A DNA stretch of 45,374 bases from Candidatus Thorarchaeota archaeon (GTDB taxonomy: Archaea > Asgardarchaeota > Thorarchaeia > Thorarchaeales > Thorarchaeaceae): assembly GCA_048882325.1 (NCBI GenBank), contig JBHLRS010000024.1:1-45374 (forward strand). Reading direction: 5' to 3'. Both the position numbers and the translations under genes were made by a program. The notes under the pieces were generated by a model. That model did no database searches. It had not been told where the DNA came from and saw only the letters and a program-made list of their open reading frames with translations. Shown piece by piece: positions 19,859 through 29,914 of this stretch (the first letter of the stretch is position 1; every line of letters starts with the position of its first letter).

Positions 19859-20217
19859 CCTTCGCGGCTTGTATCAAAAACAGTGTATAGATAATATATA
19901 ATGATGATTTTGTACCTTTGTAATTTCAACGAAACAAAGAGTCCTGATAGACCTCTATTCTCCGAATAACACTTTATAACAGTTCGAAAAAGTTCCTAGA
20001 TAGAATATAACCGGACATAAACAGTACCATAAAACTAGTCGCAGACTAGGAAATAGGCCTCTATAGAATGGTTAATAATGAACCATAGTGAAAACCGACT
20101 CAGGAAGAGGAGCTAACTCCTCTAGTTGATGATTAGCGTTAATGCTACTTTGTATCTGGTCTTTGAGTTTGGACTAGACACTCACCTTGAAAGATAATAT
20201 CGGTGGGTAGAATTAAG

Positions 20218-22959
20218 ATGAGTAAAGAAAAACACGTGTACACTTTTGGCGCAGGTAAAGCTGATGGCGATTCAACCATGAAGAACCTACTGGGTGGAAA
20301 GGGAGCTTCTCTCGCAGGTGCGACATTACTCGGTCTCCCTGTACCACCAGGTTTTACGATTTCAACGGACGTTTGTAACATGTTCCTTGCCTCGGGAGGA
20401 TTAAGTGACGAGGTCAAGGAAGAGGCAAAGGCTTCAATGACTCGCATTGAGGAGTTTATGGGTAAGAAATTCGGTGATCCCAACAATCCACTCCTTGTGT
20501 CTGCGAGGTCAGGCGCACGCCAGTCAATGCCAGGAATGATGGAAACAGTCCTAAACGTAGGCTTAACGACTTCAACTATACCTGGTCTAATTCAAACAAC
20601 GCAAAATGAGCGGTTTGTCTACGATTCCTATAGACGACTCATTACCATGTACAGTGATGTCGTGATGGAAAAAGCGGAGGGAATCGAACCTGATGAGGGA
20701 CATGGAATTAGAGCCCAACTTGAGAGAATTCTAGAGAGAAAGAAGAAGGAAGTTGGTTGTCTTACAGATACCTGTCTGAAAGTTGATGATTTGAAAGATC
20801 TTTGTGATGAGTACAAAGATGCCATAAGAAAGACACTAGGTAGAGAATTCCCAGACGATCCTTATGAGCAACTCTGGGCAGCCATTGGAGCAGTCTTCAA
20901 GAGCTGGGGAGGCGCCCGTGCTGTCGCTTATCGGCGTATCGAGAACATTCCCGATGAGTGGGGAACTGCATGTACAGTGCAGAGTATGGTCTTTGGAAAC
21001 ATGGGAGAGAGCTCTGCTACTGGAGTCGCATTCTCAAGAAATCCCGCCACTGGAGAGGACAAATTCTATGGTGAGTTTCTGATCAACGCACAGGGAGAAG
21101 ATGTCGTCGCAGGGATACGAACTCCCAATGCTATGAACGAGGAGAGCAAGAATGAGCAGAGTAAGGATCTTCCAACCCTTGAGGAAACCATGCCTGAAAT
21201 ATACGCACAGCTCGTGGATATCAAGAATACACTTGAAGATGACACTAAAGACATGGTTGACATAGAGTTTACAATTCAAGAAGGCGTGTTGTTCTTAGTG
21301 CAGCACCGAGTTGGTAAGAGGACTGCCACAGCTGCGTTGAACATTGCCATGGATATGCTGCAAAGCAAGTTTATTGATGAACCGACTGCCATCCTTAGAG
21401 TTGCTCCAGAGCAACTTGGCCAGCTCTTATATCCCATCCTAGATCCGGACGAGGAGGCTAAGGCATCACCCATAGCGAGAGGTCTTCCTGCAGGACCAGG
21501 TGGTGCAGTCGGTCAGATTGTCTTCACTTCTGAAGCTGCAGTAGAGTGGACCAAGAAGAACAAGAAGGTCGTTCTCATCAGAGAAGAAACCAGTCCGGAG
21601 GACATTGAAGGCATGCGAGCCGCAAATGCTATCCTCACTGCCCGGGGAGGAATGACCAGCCACGCTGCACTTGTTACACGGGGGTGGGGAAAGTGTTGTA
21701 TCGTTGGAGCTGCAGGGCTCGATATCAATACATTCGAGAAAACAGTCACAATTGGTGGAAAGCTCTTCAAGGAAGGGGATGTTCTAACACTCAATGGAAC
21801 ACAGGGTCTAGTTTATGAGGGAGAGCTCCCAATGATTGAAGCAACTGAGAATCCTCAATTACAGCAATTTATGGGACTCATTGATAAGTATCGAAAGCTT
21901 GGCGTTCGTGCAAATGCGGACACTCCAGAAGATGCAAAGGTTGCCCTCGAGTTTGGTGCAGAAGGAATTGGACTACTCAGAACTGAACACATGTTCTATG
22001 GTGAGGGAAGTGATGAACCTCTATTCCTATTGAGAAAGATGATTCTTAGTAAGACTAGAAGCGAGCGACATCGTGCACTCGCTGAGCTTGCGCCATTTGT
22101 CAAGGAGGACATCAAAGCTACTCTAGCAGTCATGAATGGTCTACCTGTCACAATCCGACTTCTTGATCCTCCACTCCATGAGTTCGTTCCTCAGTCAAGG
22201 TTTGGACAAGAGAAGCTCGCCCATGCCCTAGGCATCGAAACAGAGGATGTCCAGAAACGAGGTGAGCAGATACATGAGAATAATCCGATGATGGGACATC
22301 GAGGTGTCAGACTAGCCATAACATATCCAGAAATCTATGAGATGCAAATTAGAGCGATTCTAGAAGCTGGAGCAGAGCTGCTCAAGGAGGGGAAGAAGGT
22401 CTCTATCGAGATAATGATCCCAGTAACTATTGGCGCTGCTGAGCTAAAGACTATGGAACTCGTCGTTGAGCGAGTCTATGATGAAGTCAGAAGGGAGGTC
22501 GGGGTTGACATTCCCTATCTATATGGCACAATGATTGAAACACCACGCGCATGTATGCGAGCAGGGGACATGGCTCAAAGTGCCAGGTTCTTCTCGTTCG
22601 GTACTAATGACCTATCACAGTTGAGTTTTGGATTCAGTCGGGATGACATTGACTCGTTTCTGCCTGAGTATCTAGACCGGCACATCCTAAGGAATGATCC
22701 TTTTGTTAGCATCGATAAACGAGGAATGGGTCAACTGATGCAGATAGCAATTGAGAGAGGTAGACAAACACGTCCCGATATCAAACTGGGTGTGTGTGGC
22801 GAACATGGTGGAGACCCACGCTCAGTAGGGTTCTTTCATGAGATTGGTTTGGACTATGTTTCATGCTCGCCTTATAGACTTCCGATTGCGCGTCTAGCAG
22901 CAGCTCAGGCAGCTATCCAAGAGGTTGATTGGCTTCTTCTGAAGGACAAATCAAAATAA
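20218..22959 (+). CDS. ppdK: Pyruvate, phosphate dikinase
   Basis: LLGGKG, PVPPGF, PLLVSARSGA, GEDVVAGIRTP, GGMTSHAA phospho-His, GIGLLRTEHMF, SFGTNDL, CGEHGG. ATG 20218 preferred over GTG 20203. Confidence 0.96.
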   Translation: MSKEKHVYTFGAGKADGDSTMKNLLGGKGASLAGATLLGLPVPPGFTISTDVCNMFLASGGLSDEVKEEAKASMTRIEEFMGKKFGDPNNPLLVSARSGARQSMPGMMETVLNVGLTTSTIPGLIQTTQNERFVYDSYRRLITMYSDVVMEKAEGIEPDEGHGIRAQLERILERKKKEVGCLTDTCLKVDDLKDLCDEYKDAIRKTLGREFPDDPYEQLWAAIGAVFKSWGGARAVAYRRIENIPDEWGTACTVQSMVFGNMGESSATGVAFSRNPATGEDKFYGEFLINAQGEDVVAGIRTPNAMNEESKNEQSKDLPTLEETMPEIYAQLVDIKNTLEDDTKDMVDIEFTIQEGVLFLVQHRVGKRTATAALNIAMDMLQSKFIDEPTAILRVAPEQLGQLLYPILDPDEEAKASPIARGLPAGPGGAVGQIVFTSEAAVEWTKKNKKVVLIREETSPEDIEGMRAANAILTARGGMTSHAALVTRGWGKCCIVGAAGLDINTFEKTVTIGGKLFKEGDVLTLNGTQGLVYEGELPMIEATENPQLQQFMGLIDKYRKLGVRANADTPEDAKVALEFGAEGIGLLRTEHMFYGEGSDEPLFLLRKMILSKTRSERHRALAELAPFVKEDIKATLAVMNGLPVTIRLLDPPLHEFVPQSRFGQEKLAHALGIETEDVQKRGEQIHENNPMMGHRGVRLAITYPEIYEMQIRAILEAGAELLKEGKKVSIEIMIPVTIGAAELKTMELVVERVYDEVRREVGVDIPYLYGTMIETPRACMRAGDMAQSARFFSFGTNDLSQLSFGFSRDDIDSFLPEYLDRHILRNDPFVSIDKRGMGQLMQIAIERGRQTRPDIKLGVCGEHGGDPRSVGFFHEIGLDYVSCSPYRLPIARLAAAQAAIQEVDWLLLKDKSK

Positions 22960-22997
22960 TTTCATACGGTGCTTCCGAACAATCTGAAGCACCACCT

Positions 22998-24608
22998 CTA
23001 TTCTTTCCAATTAGCGTATTTTCTACTGAATTGTCTATTCGATTTCAGACTTACTAACACGATCGATACAATTACACCAATGGATACTCCTGCAATAGTT
23101 CCCAGAAATGCAACAGGAAAAGAAGCTCGATGTTCTCGAACTGTCACGAGCACCTCATCAGAGATGATTCCACCATCTGGACCGGGATTCTCGAACGTAA
23201 GTTCGTAAACATGGGTTCCAAGTGTCAAATTATCAACACAGATGCTGATATTTCCGCTGACCCAATCCGCCTGACGAACAAGCTCACCATCTCGGAGGAT
23301 TTGGTAATCAAAGGGTGCAGCCTCAGAAAACGTAAGTAGACCACTCTGTACGTCATAGATACACTGTACCTCCCAAACGAGAAAATTACCTGTGACGCCT
23401 GAAGAATATGTTATGTCCTGAGGATGGCTTATAGCAATGTTCGGCAGTGGTGGAGGCGGCGGAGTAGGAACAAAATGTGGAGAATAAGCATCAGTATAAT
23501 CACCCGGCCAATAGTTTGACTCATCGTCCACAGATGCAAGACCAGAAACAAGGTCGACACTGAAAGCCCTAATCCGAAAGAAAGAGTCTTCGTTCCACAA
23601 GAACCCGCTTGAATTCCAGACATAGTATGTTCTAGTCAAATTTCTTTTTAAAAGCTGGAAAGACCAGCCCCAATCATTAGTCAACCAGACTGAGAAATAA
23701 TTTGTATCATTAGCATTCAGATCTGTTGCGCTCCAGGTGATGTTACGCAAATTTCCTCCTAGATCTGCTACCTCATGTACAATGACCTTCGGTTTGAAGA
23801 AGTTGCAAATAGTTATGTTCTGATAGTTGAAAACAATTGTTTCATTCAACGAAGTTGTTCCGGTCATTTGAACATCAAGTGTCTGATTTCTCCTCTCCAA
23901 TGTGTAAGTATCATATACAATACTATTTGATGAATCTGCAATAATCTTGTGAACACCAACACTGAGAATCAATGTCCAATTACCAGGAGTAGCATCATAA
24001 TTCAGACAACCGATGTACATTGTATCATTATCGTATTCCCATTCAAAAGTATCAGTTTCAGGATTTCTCCCCGAAGTCATTTGCACCAGGTTATTTGCAT
24101 ATGAAAACAAGGAGTAATTCTGAGCCCCACTCCATACCATAAGATCACTATCACCATTAGTATGATACATTGTGAGATTGATAGTCAGCCCTTCCTCGAT
24201 GTTTCTGACAACGATCCAGTCAAACTGGTCATGATCGATATTGCCAGAAAATTGATCATCAGGATTTCCAGTTGGAAGTACAAGACTTCGAGTCGTGTTA
24301 ATTTGGAAACCATTTTCTAGCTTAAGTTCAGTGTGTATGACATTCATCGATGATGGAAATGTTGCATTCAATACAACGTGGTCTCCTACAATCTCAGAGT
24401 TATTGATAAGTTTCTGTGGTGATGAAGACCACCTAGAGGTCCAGGTTAGAGAGCTGTTATCTCCTGTGGAAAGGAATACGGGATTATAATCAGTCACTCG
24501 AGTCGAATGTCCAGTTTTCAGGTCGTAGCGAGAGATTGAGGATGCAGGTGTATTTGGCAAGAAAATCAGTAGAATGAAGACTGTTGCGAATATCAACCTG
24601 ATTTTCAT
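22998..24608 (-). CDS. Secreted, membrane-anchored beta-rich surface protein with Pro-rich linker and Ig-like domain
   Basis: Likely start ATG 24608 (MKIRLIFATVFILLIFLPNTPASS signal peptide). PTPPPPPLP linker, ISHPQDITYSSGVTGNFLVW module similar to 9606-10631, C-terminal TM + basic tail. Confidence 0.72.
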   Translation of the reverse strand: MKIRLIFATVFILLIFLPNTPASSISRYDLKTGHSTRVTDYNPVFLSTGDNSSLTWTSRWSSSPQKLINNSEIVGDHVVLNATFPSSMNVIHTELKLENGFQINTTRSLVLPTGNPDDQFSGNIDHDQFDWIVVRNIEEGLTINLTMYHTNGDSDLMVWSGAQNYSLFSYANNLVQMTSGRNPETDTFEWEYDNDTMYIGCLNYDATPGNWTLILSVGVHKIIADSSNSIVYDTYTLERRNQTLDVQMTGTTSLNETIVFNYQNITICNFFKPKVIVHEVADLGGNLRNITWSATDLNANDTNYFSVWLTNDWGWSFQLLKRNLTRTYYVWNSSGFLWNEDSFFRIRAFSVDLVSGLASVDDESNYWPGDYTDAYSPHFVPTPPPPPLPNIAISHPQDITYSSGVTGNFLVWEVQCIYDVQSGLLTFSEAAPFDYQILRDGELVRQADWVSGNISICVDNLTLGTHVYELTFENPGPDGGIISDEVLVTVREHRASFPVAFLGTIAGVSIGVIVSIVLVSLKSNRQFSRKYANWKE

Positions 24609-24834
24609 CAATAGTGCCCTCAACAGGCTTTTCTGGACTGACAGGATGCCTCTCCAAAGTCTCCTCCTGTTTTCTTTTATTCGCATTAATATTGTGCAAA
24701 TTTCGATATCAATCTAACCATAGAACATTTCATCGAACGCTGTTGAGGAGTATACGAGAGGTGAAAGTGAACACTTAAAACAGGGACCAATTGGCCAGAC
24801 GTCTGATACACATCATATCTTGAGGATTGAAACA

Positions 24835-25788
24835 ATGAAGCGGATATTGGTGACTGGGAGCTATGGTCAAATTGGGACCGAGCTGATCGGAGCCTTGAGG
24901 AAGAAGTATGGTGGAGAGAATGTTGTTGCCACAGGTAGAAAAAAACCTCCTGCAATTCTGAAGAAAGATGGACCATACTTACAACTGGATGTACTTGATA
25001 CAAACCAGCTTCATGCCATGCTAGTCGATAATGATATTGACATCATTATTCACAATGCATCACTGCTATCGGGAACGGGTGAGAAGAACCCACAGTTAGC
25101 TTTTCGCACTAACATCGAAGGTGCTTACAATGTGTTGGAAGCAGTGAGGATTCTCAACCTGGACCAAGTAATGATTCCCAGCTCAATCGCAGCATTTGGA
25201 CCAAGTACTCCGAAGAAAAACACTCCCAATGATGTGATCATGCGTCCCACTACTGCTTATGGCATATCGAAGGTCTTCATCGAGCTCTGGGGTGAGTATT
25301 ATGCTAAGCGATATGATATGGACTTTCGCTCACTCCGATATCCGGGCATTATCAGCGCTGAGGCCCTCCCAGGAGGTGGTACAACTGACTATGCAGTTGA
25401 GATCTTCTATGAAGCCCTCAAGAACAAGAAATACAGGTCATTCCTCGATAAGGGAACATACCTCCCAATGATGTACATGCCAGACTGTCTGAAGTGCACA
25501 ATCGACCTCATCGAGGCGGATGCAAGCAAGCTGAAGCATCGAAGCTTCAATATCACGGCGATGAGCTTCGCACCTGAGGAGATTGCTGCTGAGATTAAAA
25601 AGCACATTCCTGATTTTGAGATGAGCTATGAACCAGACTTCAGACAAGAGATTGCAGAGTCATGGCCAGCATCACTTGATGACAGTGCAGCTCGTGAGGA
25701 GTGGGGTTGGAAACCTGACTATGACCTTGCAGCGATGGTCAAAGACATGCTTGACAAGCTATCAAAGAAGCTTGGCATTGATTATTAA
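24835..25788 (+). CDS. tdh: L-threonine 3-dehydrogenase (extended SDR / epimerase-like type)
   Basis: GSYGQIG Rossmann motif, LSGTGEKNP, PSSIAAFG, YGISK, PGGGTTDYAV, LPMMYMPD, RQEIAESWP. Confidence 0.88.
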   Translation: MKRILVTGSYGQIGTELIGALRKKYGGENVVATGRKKPPAILKKDGPYLQLDVLDTNQLHAMLVDNDIDIIIHNASLLSGTGEKNPQLAFRTNIEGAYNVLEAVRILNLDQVMIPSSIAAFGPSTPKKNTPNDVIMRPTTAYGISKVFIELWGEYYAKRYDMDFRSLRYPGIISAEALPGGGTTDYAVEIFYEALKNKKYRSFLDKGTYLPMMYMPDCLKCTIDLIEADASKLKHRSFNITAMSFAPEEIAAEIKKHIPDFEMSYEPDFRQEIAESWPASLDDSAAREEWGWKPDYDLAAMVKDMLDKLSKKLGIDY

Positions 25789-25905
25789 TGAAGAATCTTG
25801 GAGCTAAATTTAGACACCATCTTCTTCTTTCCTTTCCATGTCTTCCATACTCTCAAGTATCGTCACCTTTATGTCAAAGAATGCCGCTGGAAATCCATCT
25901 AAACG

Positions 25906-27663
25906 GTGAACTCTATGGAAAGACAGCCGCTCTATTTCACCATCCTCATCCTTTCTATCATGATTGGATCCTGCTTCTATGTGTCCTATGTAGTTGATCG
26001 AGGTATGGGGGAGGTTTCTGTCGAGCGATTGTCAATCGAGAGTTTTTCGAATCGCACTGTGGAGTTCTTGGTATATTCTCCCAGATCTGCAATTCATGTA
26101 GAACCGATGCCAGCAATTCTCACTATTCATGGGCTCACAGGGACAAAAGAGGGGCTCTATGCATTCAATGTAGAATTAGCACGTCGAAACTTTACTGTGG
26201 TATCAGTTGACCTTCCAGGACATGGAGACTCATCTCTTGGATTTGATATCACAAACTTTACTGAGATGGCACAGGATGCTTATGCAGCCCTTCGTTATGT
26301 GCAGACGACCTATCCCAGCGTCAATGATAGTTATGGAGTCCTCACACACTCACTTGGTTTTCGAGTAGCAATAGAGTTGGAGGATTTCCCGATAACTCCA
26401 ATGGCGTATGTCGCGGTTGGTGATGTTGGGAAGATTTCCCAGGATGAATTCGTTGATTTCCCACAGAATCTTCTGTTTGCCATGGGATCCATGGATGAGA
26501 TTGTGACCCGACAGGATGCACTACAAGCTCTACGTATTGCTACAGGTGTTAACACCGCTGTTGAAGATGTGACCTACGGTTCATTGGACGCTGGGACAGC
26601 ATACAGACTTGTGTTTGCCCCATCAAACCATGTCTTTGAAGCAGTTAGCAGAAGATTGGTTACTGAGGCGATCAGTTGGATGGTTCAAGGTGTACTTGGT
26701 GAAGACCAGCTGGAGCATACATACGATTCAAGTGATCAAGTCATTCAGTATAGAACGCCTGCAACAATCCTAGCTTCCTTCCTGATCTTAGTTTCTGTAA
26801 TTCCAGTCATGTGGTTGCTATACAATCTTCTTCCTGAACGATTGAAACCTAGGCAAACTTCCACTGAATCTAAGCCCTTTAACACTCGAAGGACATTCAT
26901 GATAAGCTCGATATTTGGATCTTTAACCGTTCTCATCTTTGCTGGTTCGTCCTTGCTAGGTCTCACACTGGAGGATACGGGGATCTATTTGTTAAACTCG
27001 ATGTCTACCACTGGACTTGTTCTCTTCTTCCTTTTGGGAGCTGCCGTTCTTAGTCTGGTCATGTTCATACTACGTGAATTCAGTCAAATGTGGGAGCTGT
27101 TAGGATTCGTCGACCTCAAAAAATCTAACATCAAAGATTATGTGTACGAGTTTCTCAAGAATTTAGTTGTGGCTTTGGGAGGTGTCCTTTGGGTCCTCAT
27201 ATGGGTAGGAGTTGCTAGTGCATCACAGACCAGCCCTAGTATCCTGCTACTTCTCGTCAAGTGGCCAATTGGTATTCGCTGGGTCAATGTTGTCCTCCTA
27301 ACATGCATCATAATCCCATTTCTTCTAGTTGAGGCTACCTGGATTCGAGCACTAATGATGAGTGAGAATGTGTTTGCTGGCCGCTTCAATAGAACTACTG
27401 CATTCATATTTACACTTATTTCGAAATTCGCTGTTATTGCTTTGCTTTCGATCCTTGTGATTATTGGAACGACTGCTGCAGGTGTTTCAGGTGGGAGAAT
27501 TGTGCTCCTTAGTGTAATTTGGGTTCGCATCCTATTAATACAAGTGCTTGCAACAGTCATTCTTGCGTGGACTGAGATTGAGTTCAAAAACACGTGGTCG
27601 GCAATAATGGTGAGTGCTTTCATACTCTCACTTGTTATGATAACCACAGTGCCATTGATTTGA
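25906..27663 (+). CDS. Alpha/beta hydrolase fused to a multi-pass membrane domain
   Basis: IHGLTG, VDLPGHGDS, THSLG nucleophile elbow, DEIV, SNHVFE, followed by roughly eight TM helices. Confidence 0.78.
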   Translation: MNSMERQPLYFTILILSIMIGSCFYVSYVVDRGMGEVSVERLSIESFSNRTVEFLVYSPRSAIHVEPMPAILTIHGLTGTKEGLYAFNVELARRNFTVVSVDLPGHGDSSLGFDITNFTEMAQDAYAALRYVQTTYPSVNDSYGVLTHSLGFRVAIELEDFPITPMAYVAVGDVGKISQDEFVDFPQNLLFAMGSMDEIVTRQDALQALRIATGVNTAVEDVTYGSLDAGTAYRLVFAPSNHVFEAVSRRLVTEAISWMVQGVLGEDQLEHTYDSSDQVIQYRTPATILASFLILVSVIPVMWLLYNLLPERLKPRQTSTESKPFNTRRTFMISSIFGSLTVLIFAGSSLLGLTLEDTGIYLLNSMSTTGLVLFFLLGAAVLSLVMFILREFSQMWELLGFVDLKKSNIKDYVYEFLKNLVVALGGVLWVLIWVGVASASQTSPSILLLLVKWPIGIRWVNVVLLTCIIIPFLLVEATWIRALMMSENVFAGRFNRTTAFIFTLISKFAVIALLSILVIIGTTAAGVSGGRIVLLSVIWVRILLIQVLATVILAWTEIEFKNTWSAIMVSAFILSLVMITTVPLI

Positions 27664-27707
27664 TACCGCCGCTTCTTACATGAATTTGTACCACTTGGGG
27701 GAAGTTC

Positions 27708-28943
27708 TCATTTGTCCTCAAAGATTCTGAATTCCAGCCCCTTCTCCTTTAGCATTTTCAACATTCGTTGGACTGCCTTATCATCTGGGACCTCAAGAAT
27801 CATTTCGAGCTCTGCCCTGTTAGGAGCAATGTCAGGATCAAAACGGTCCTGATTGATTTCAATGATGCTTACTCCTGACTCTGCTACGATGCTAAGCACT
27901 TTGTTCATACTACCTACTCGGTCTAGAATTGAACCTCGAACTCTCACTGAGCGACCCAATCGGAACAACTCCTTCTCAACGACGCGAGAGAGGAAGGGCA
28001 TGTCTATGTTTCCACCGGAGAGAACAGCAACTGCAGTCTTCCCTTTAATATCGATTTTACCATGCTGGTAAGCTGAAAGTCCAACACATCCAGCTGGCTC
28101 GACTACAATCTTTGCACGCTCCAAGAGCATGAATAATGTCCTCGTAACCTCTAACTCCTCAACTGTCACTACTCCCGAGAGGAAGTCCTTAGCAATCTTG
28201 AAGGTGAGTTTACCCGGTCGCTTCACAGCAATACCGTCACATACTGTATCAAGGCCTTCAACATTAACAACCTCTCCCGATTCGATTGAGGCCTTCATAG
28301 ATGCTGCACTGGCTGCTTCAACTCCATAAACTTCGACCTTAGGTTTCTGCTCTTTGACAGCTATGGCAATCCCTGAAGCGAGACCACCCCCACCAACTGG
28401 AACAGCAATGACATCTACTTTGGGACACTCATCAAGAATCTCAAGTCCGATTGTCCCCTGACCCGCAATGACATCCTCATCATTGAAAGGATGAAGAAAT
28501 GTGGCTCCCGTTTCCTCAGCAATCTTTCTGGCATGCGCTAGTGCATCATCAAAAACAGTACCTTGCAGGACAACAGTAGCACCATAACCTTGTGTTGCTT
28601 GAATTTTAGCGACAGGGGAGAAACATGGCATGACTATTGTTGACTTGATTCCCAGCCGGGTAGCAGCGTAGGCTACACCTTGAGCATGGTTACCAGCGGA
28701 AGCAGCAATGACTCCCATTTTCTTCTCTTTGTCAGTAAGTTGGGACATGGCATATGCGGCTCCCCGGACCTTGAATGACCCGGTTTTTTGAAGACTCTCG
28801 AGCTTTAGGTAGACCTCACCTCCACTGATTTTACTGAAAGTTGAGGAGTGGTCAAGACGAGTCACATGTTTTATATCACTGAGGACCTCTCGTGCATCTA
28901 GGATCTTGGAATAGATATCACTATACTTGCCCATTGTGGTCAC
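27708..28943 (-). CDS. ilvA: Threonine ammonia-lyase (dehydratase) with a single C-terminal ACT domain
   Basis: KLESLQKTGSFKVRGA, SAGNHAQG, PVGGGGL, DGIAVK, SGGNID, and ACT-like DRVGSMNKV. Confidence 0.92.
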   Translation of the reverse strand: MTTMGKYSDIYSKILDAREVLSDIKHVTRLDHSSTFSKISGGEVYLKLESLQKTGSFKVRGAAYAMSQLTDKEKKMGVIAASAGNHAQGVAYAATRLGIKSTIVMPCFSPVAKIQATQGYGATVVLQGTVFDDALAHARKIAEETGATFLHPFNDEDVIAGQGTIGLEILDECPKVDVIAVPVGGGGLASGIAIAVKEQKPKVEVYGVEAASAASMKASIESGEVVNVEGLDTVCDGIAVKRPGKLTFKIAKDFLSGVVTVEELEVTRTLFMLLERAKIVVEPAGCVGLSAYQHGKIDIKGKTAVAVLSGGNIDMPFLSRVVEKELFRLGRSVRVRGSILDRVGSMNKVLSIVAESGVSIIEINQDRFDPDIAPNRAELEMILEVPDDKAVQRMLKMLKEKGLEFRIFEDK

Positions 28944-28981
28944 AAGTCTGTTTTGTCTTCCATACTAGATTAATGATTCCT

Positions 28982-29512
28982 CTAGAATAGGATCATCAAA
29001 CTTAGCAGAAAGAAATTGGATAATATGGGAAACAAGAACCACGTAATGTAGTTTCCAGGTGGTGCAGTGAAGCGATTCAACCTTGACGGAATGAACTCAA
29101 AGTATCCATTATCAACTGACCTCCAAAGCCACAACTCTTTCTTTCTACTCATATAAGGTTCAAAAAAGAGCAAGTCAATAAGAGATGCCAGAACACCTGA
29201 AACAAAGACAGCTGATAGTCCATCAAGACCGAGGGATAAAGGTAACAGAAGACTTGATTGCGCAATAAAGACCCATAGGAACATTATCCAAATAGGCATG
29301 TTTCGTACAAAAGGACCATTGATCTCTTGTCGAGAATAATGATAATATCCTTGTGATGATACTAAATTCTCACCAACACATGCTACAACGAGGATCAATA
29401 ACGAGTGAGGTATTACCCTCCATTGAACATGATACCACATCAAATTGGATGATATCGTGGCTAAAGCTACAAATGCCACTAGATAAACGAAATTCCTTAG
29501 CTTCCGTGACAT
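28982..29512 (-). CDS. CruF-like (carotenoid biosynthesis / hydratase family) membrane protein
   Basis: E...GYYHY...GP...P.....W, DLLFFEP......LWLW, PPGNYITWF pattern, with several TM helices. Confidence 0.55.
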   Translation of the reverse strand: MSRKLRNFVYLVAFVALATISSNLMWYHVQWRVIPHSLLILVVACVGENLVSSQGYYHYSRQEINGPFVRNMPIWIMFLWVFIAQSSLLLPLSLGLDGLSAVFVSGVLASLIDLLFFEPYMSRKKELWLWRSVDNGYFEFIPSRLNRFTAPPGNYITWFLFPILSNFFLLSLMILF

Positions 29513-29519
29513 GCCCCAA

Positions 29520-29804
29520 TCACCGTTTCATCTTACTCTTCGCAGAGTCGAAAATCTCTGAAGTTTTCTTTTTCAAAGAAATGACCCACATCTTCCCTCT
29601 TTTCTCTCTCTCCATACGTTGAGTTGACAGACTTTTCTGAACATTCATGATTAGGTCGACCGCCTTTGAAACAGTGCGACGATCTACGCCAGTTGCCTTA
29701 GATATTCCAGCAATAGACATTGATGGTGCTTCTTTCAATACTTGAAGCACAGCAATCATAGCGTTTGCCAAATCAACTCGTGGTGAGGAAAGTGGAAGTA
29801 ACAT
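29520..29804 (-). CDS. Small winged helix-turn-helix DNA-binding protein
   Basis: MSIAGISKATGVDRRTVSKAV helix-turn-helix. Basic protein. 7 bp from the downstream CruF-like gene. Confidence 0.75.
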   Translation of the reverse strand: MLLPLSSPRVDLANAMIAVLQVLKEAPSMSIAGISKATGVDRRTVSKAVDLIMNVQKSLSTQRMEREKRGKMWVISLKKKTSEIFDSAKSKMKR

Positions 29805-29833
29805 TTCTTTTCAGGAGAAATAGCGCCTGAATA

Positions 29834-29886
29834 CCTTATATACATTATTATGTACACATTATAATGATGACACTATTATGTACACA
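29834..29886 (-). promoter_or_regulatory. TATA box plus tandem 13-bp operator-like direct repeats
   Basis: Minus-strand TATATAAGG at 29842-29834. TATTATGTACACA (+ strand) at 29846-29858 and 29874-29886. Confidence 0.6.
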
Positions 29887-29914
29887 AAATGAATCTTCGA
29901 ATATTCTAGGAAAA

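Noticed and set aside
20280-20340. PpdK N-terminal variant GGKGASLAGA in place of the usual GGKGANLAEM as a sign of inactivation
   Set aside because: The Lys of GGKG, the phospho-His and the C-terminal Cys motifs are all intact, so this is likely ordinary divergence.
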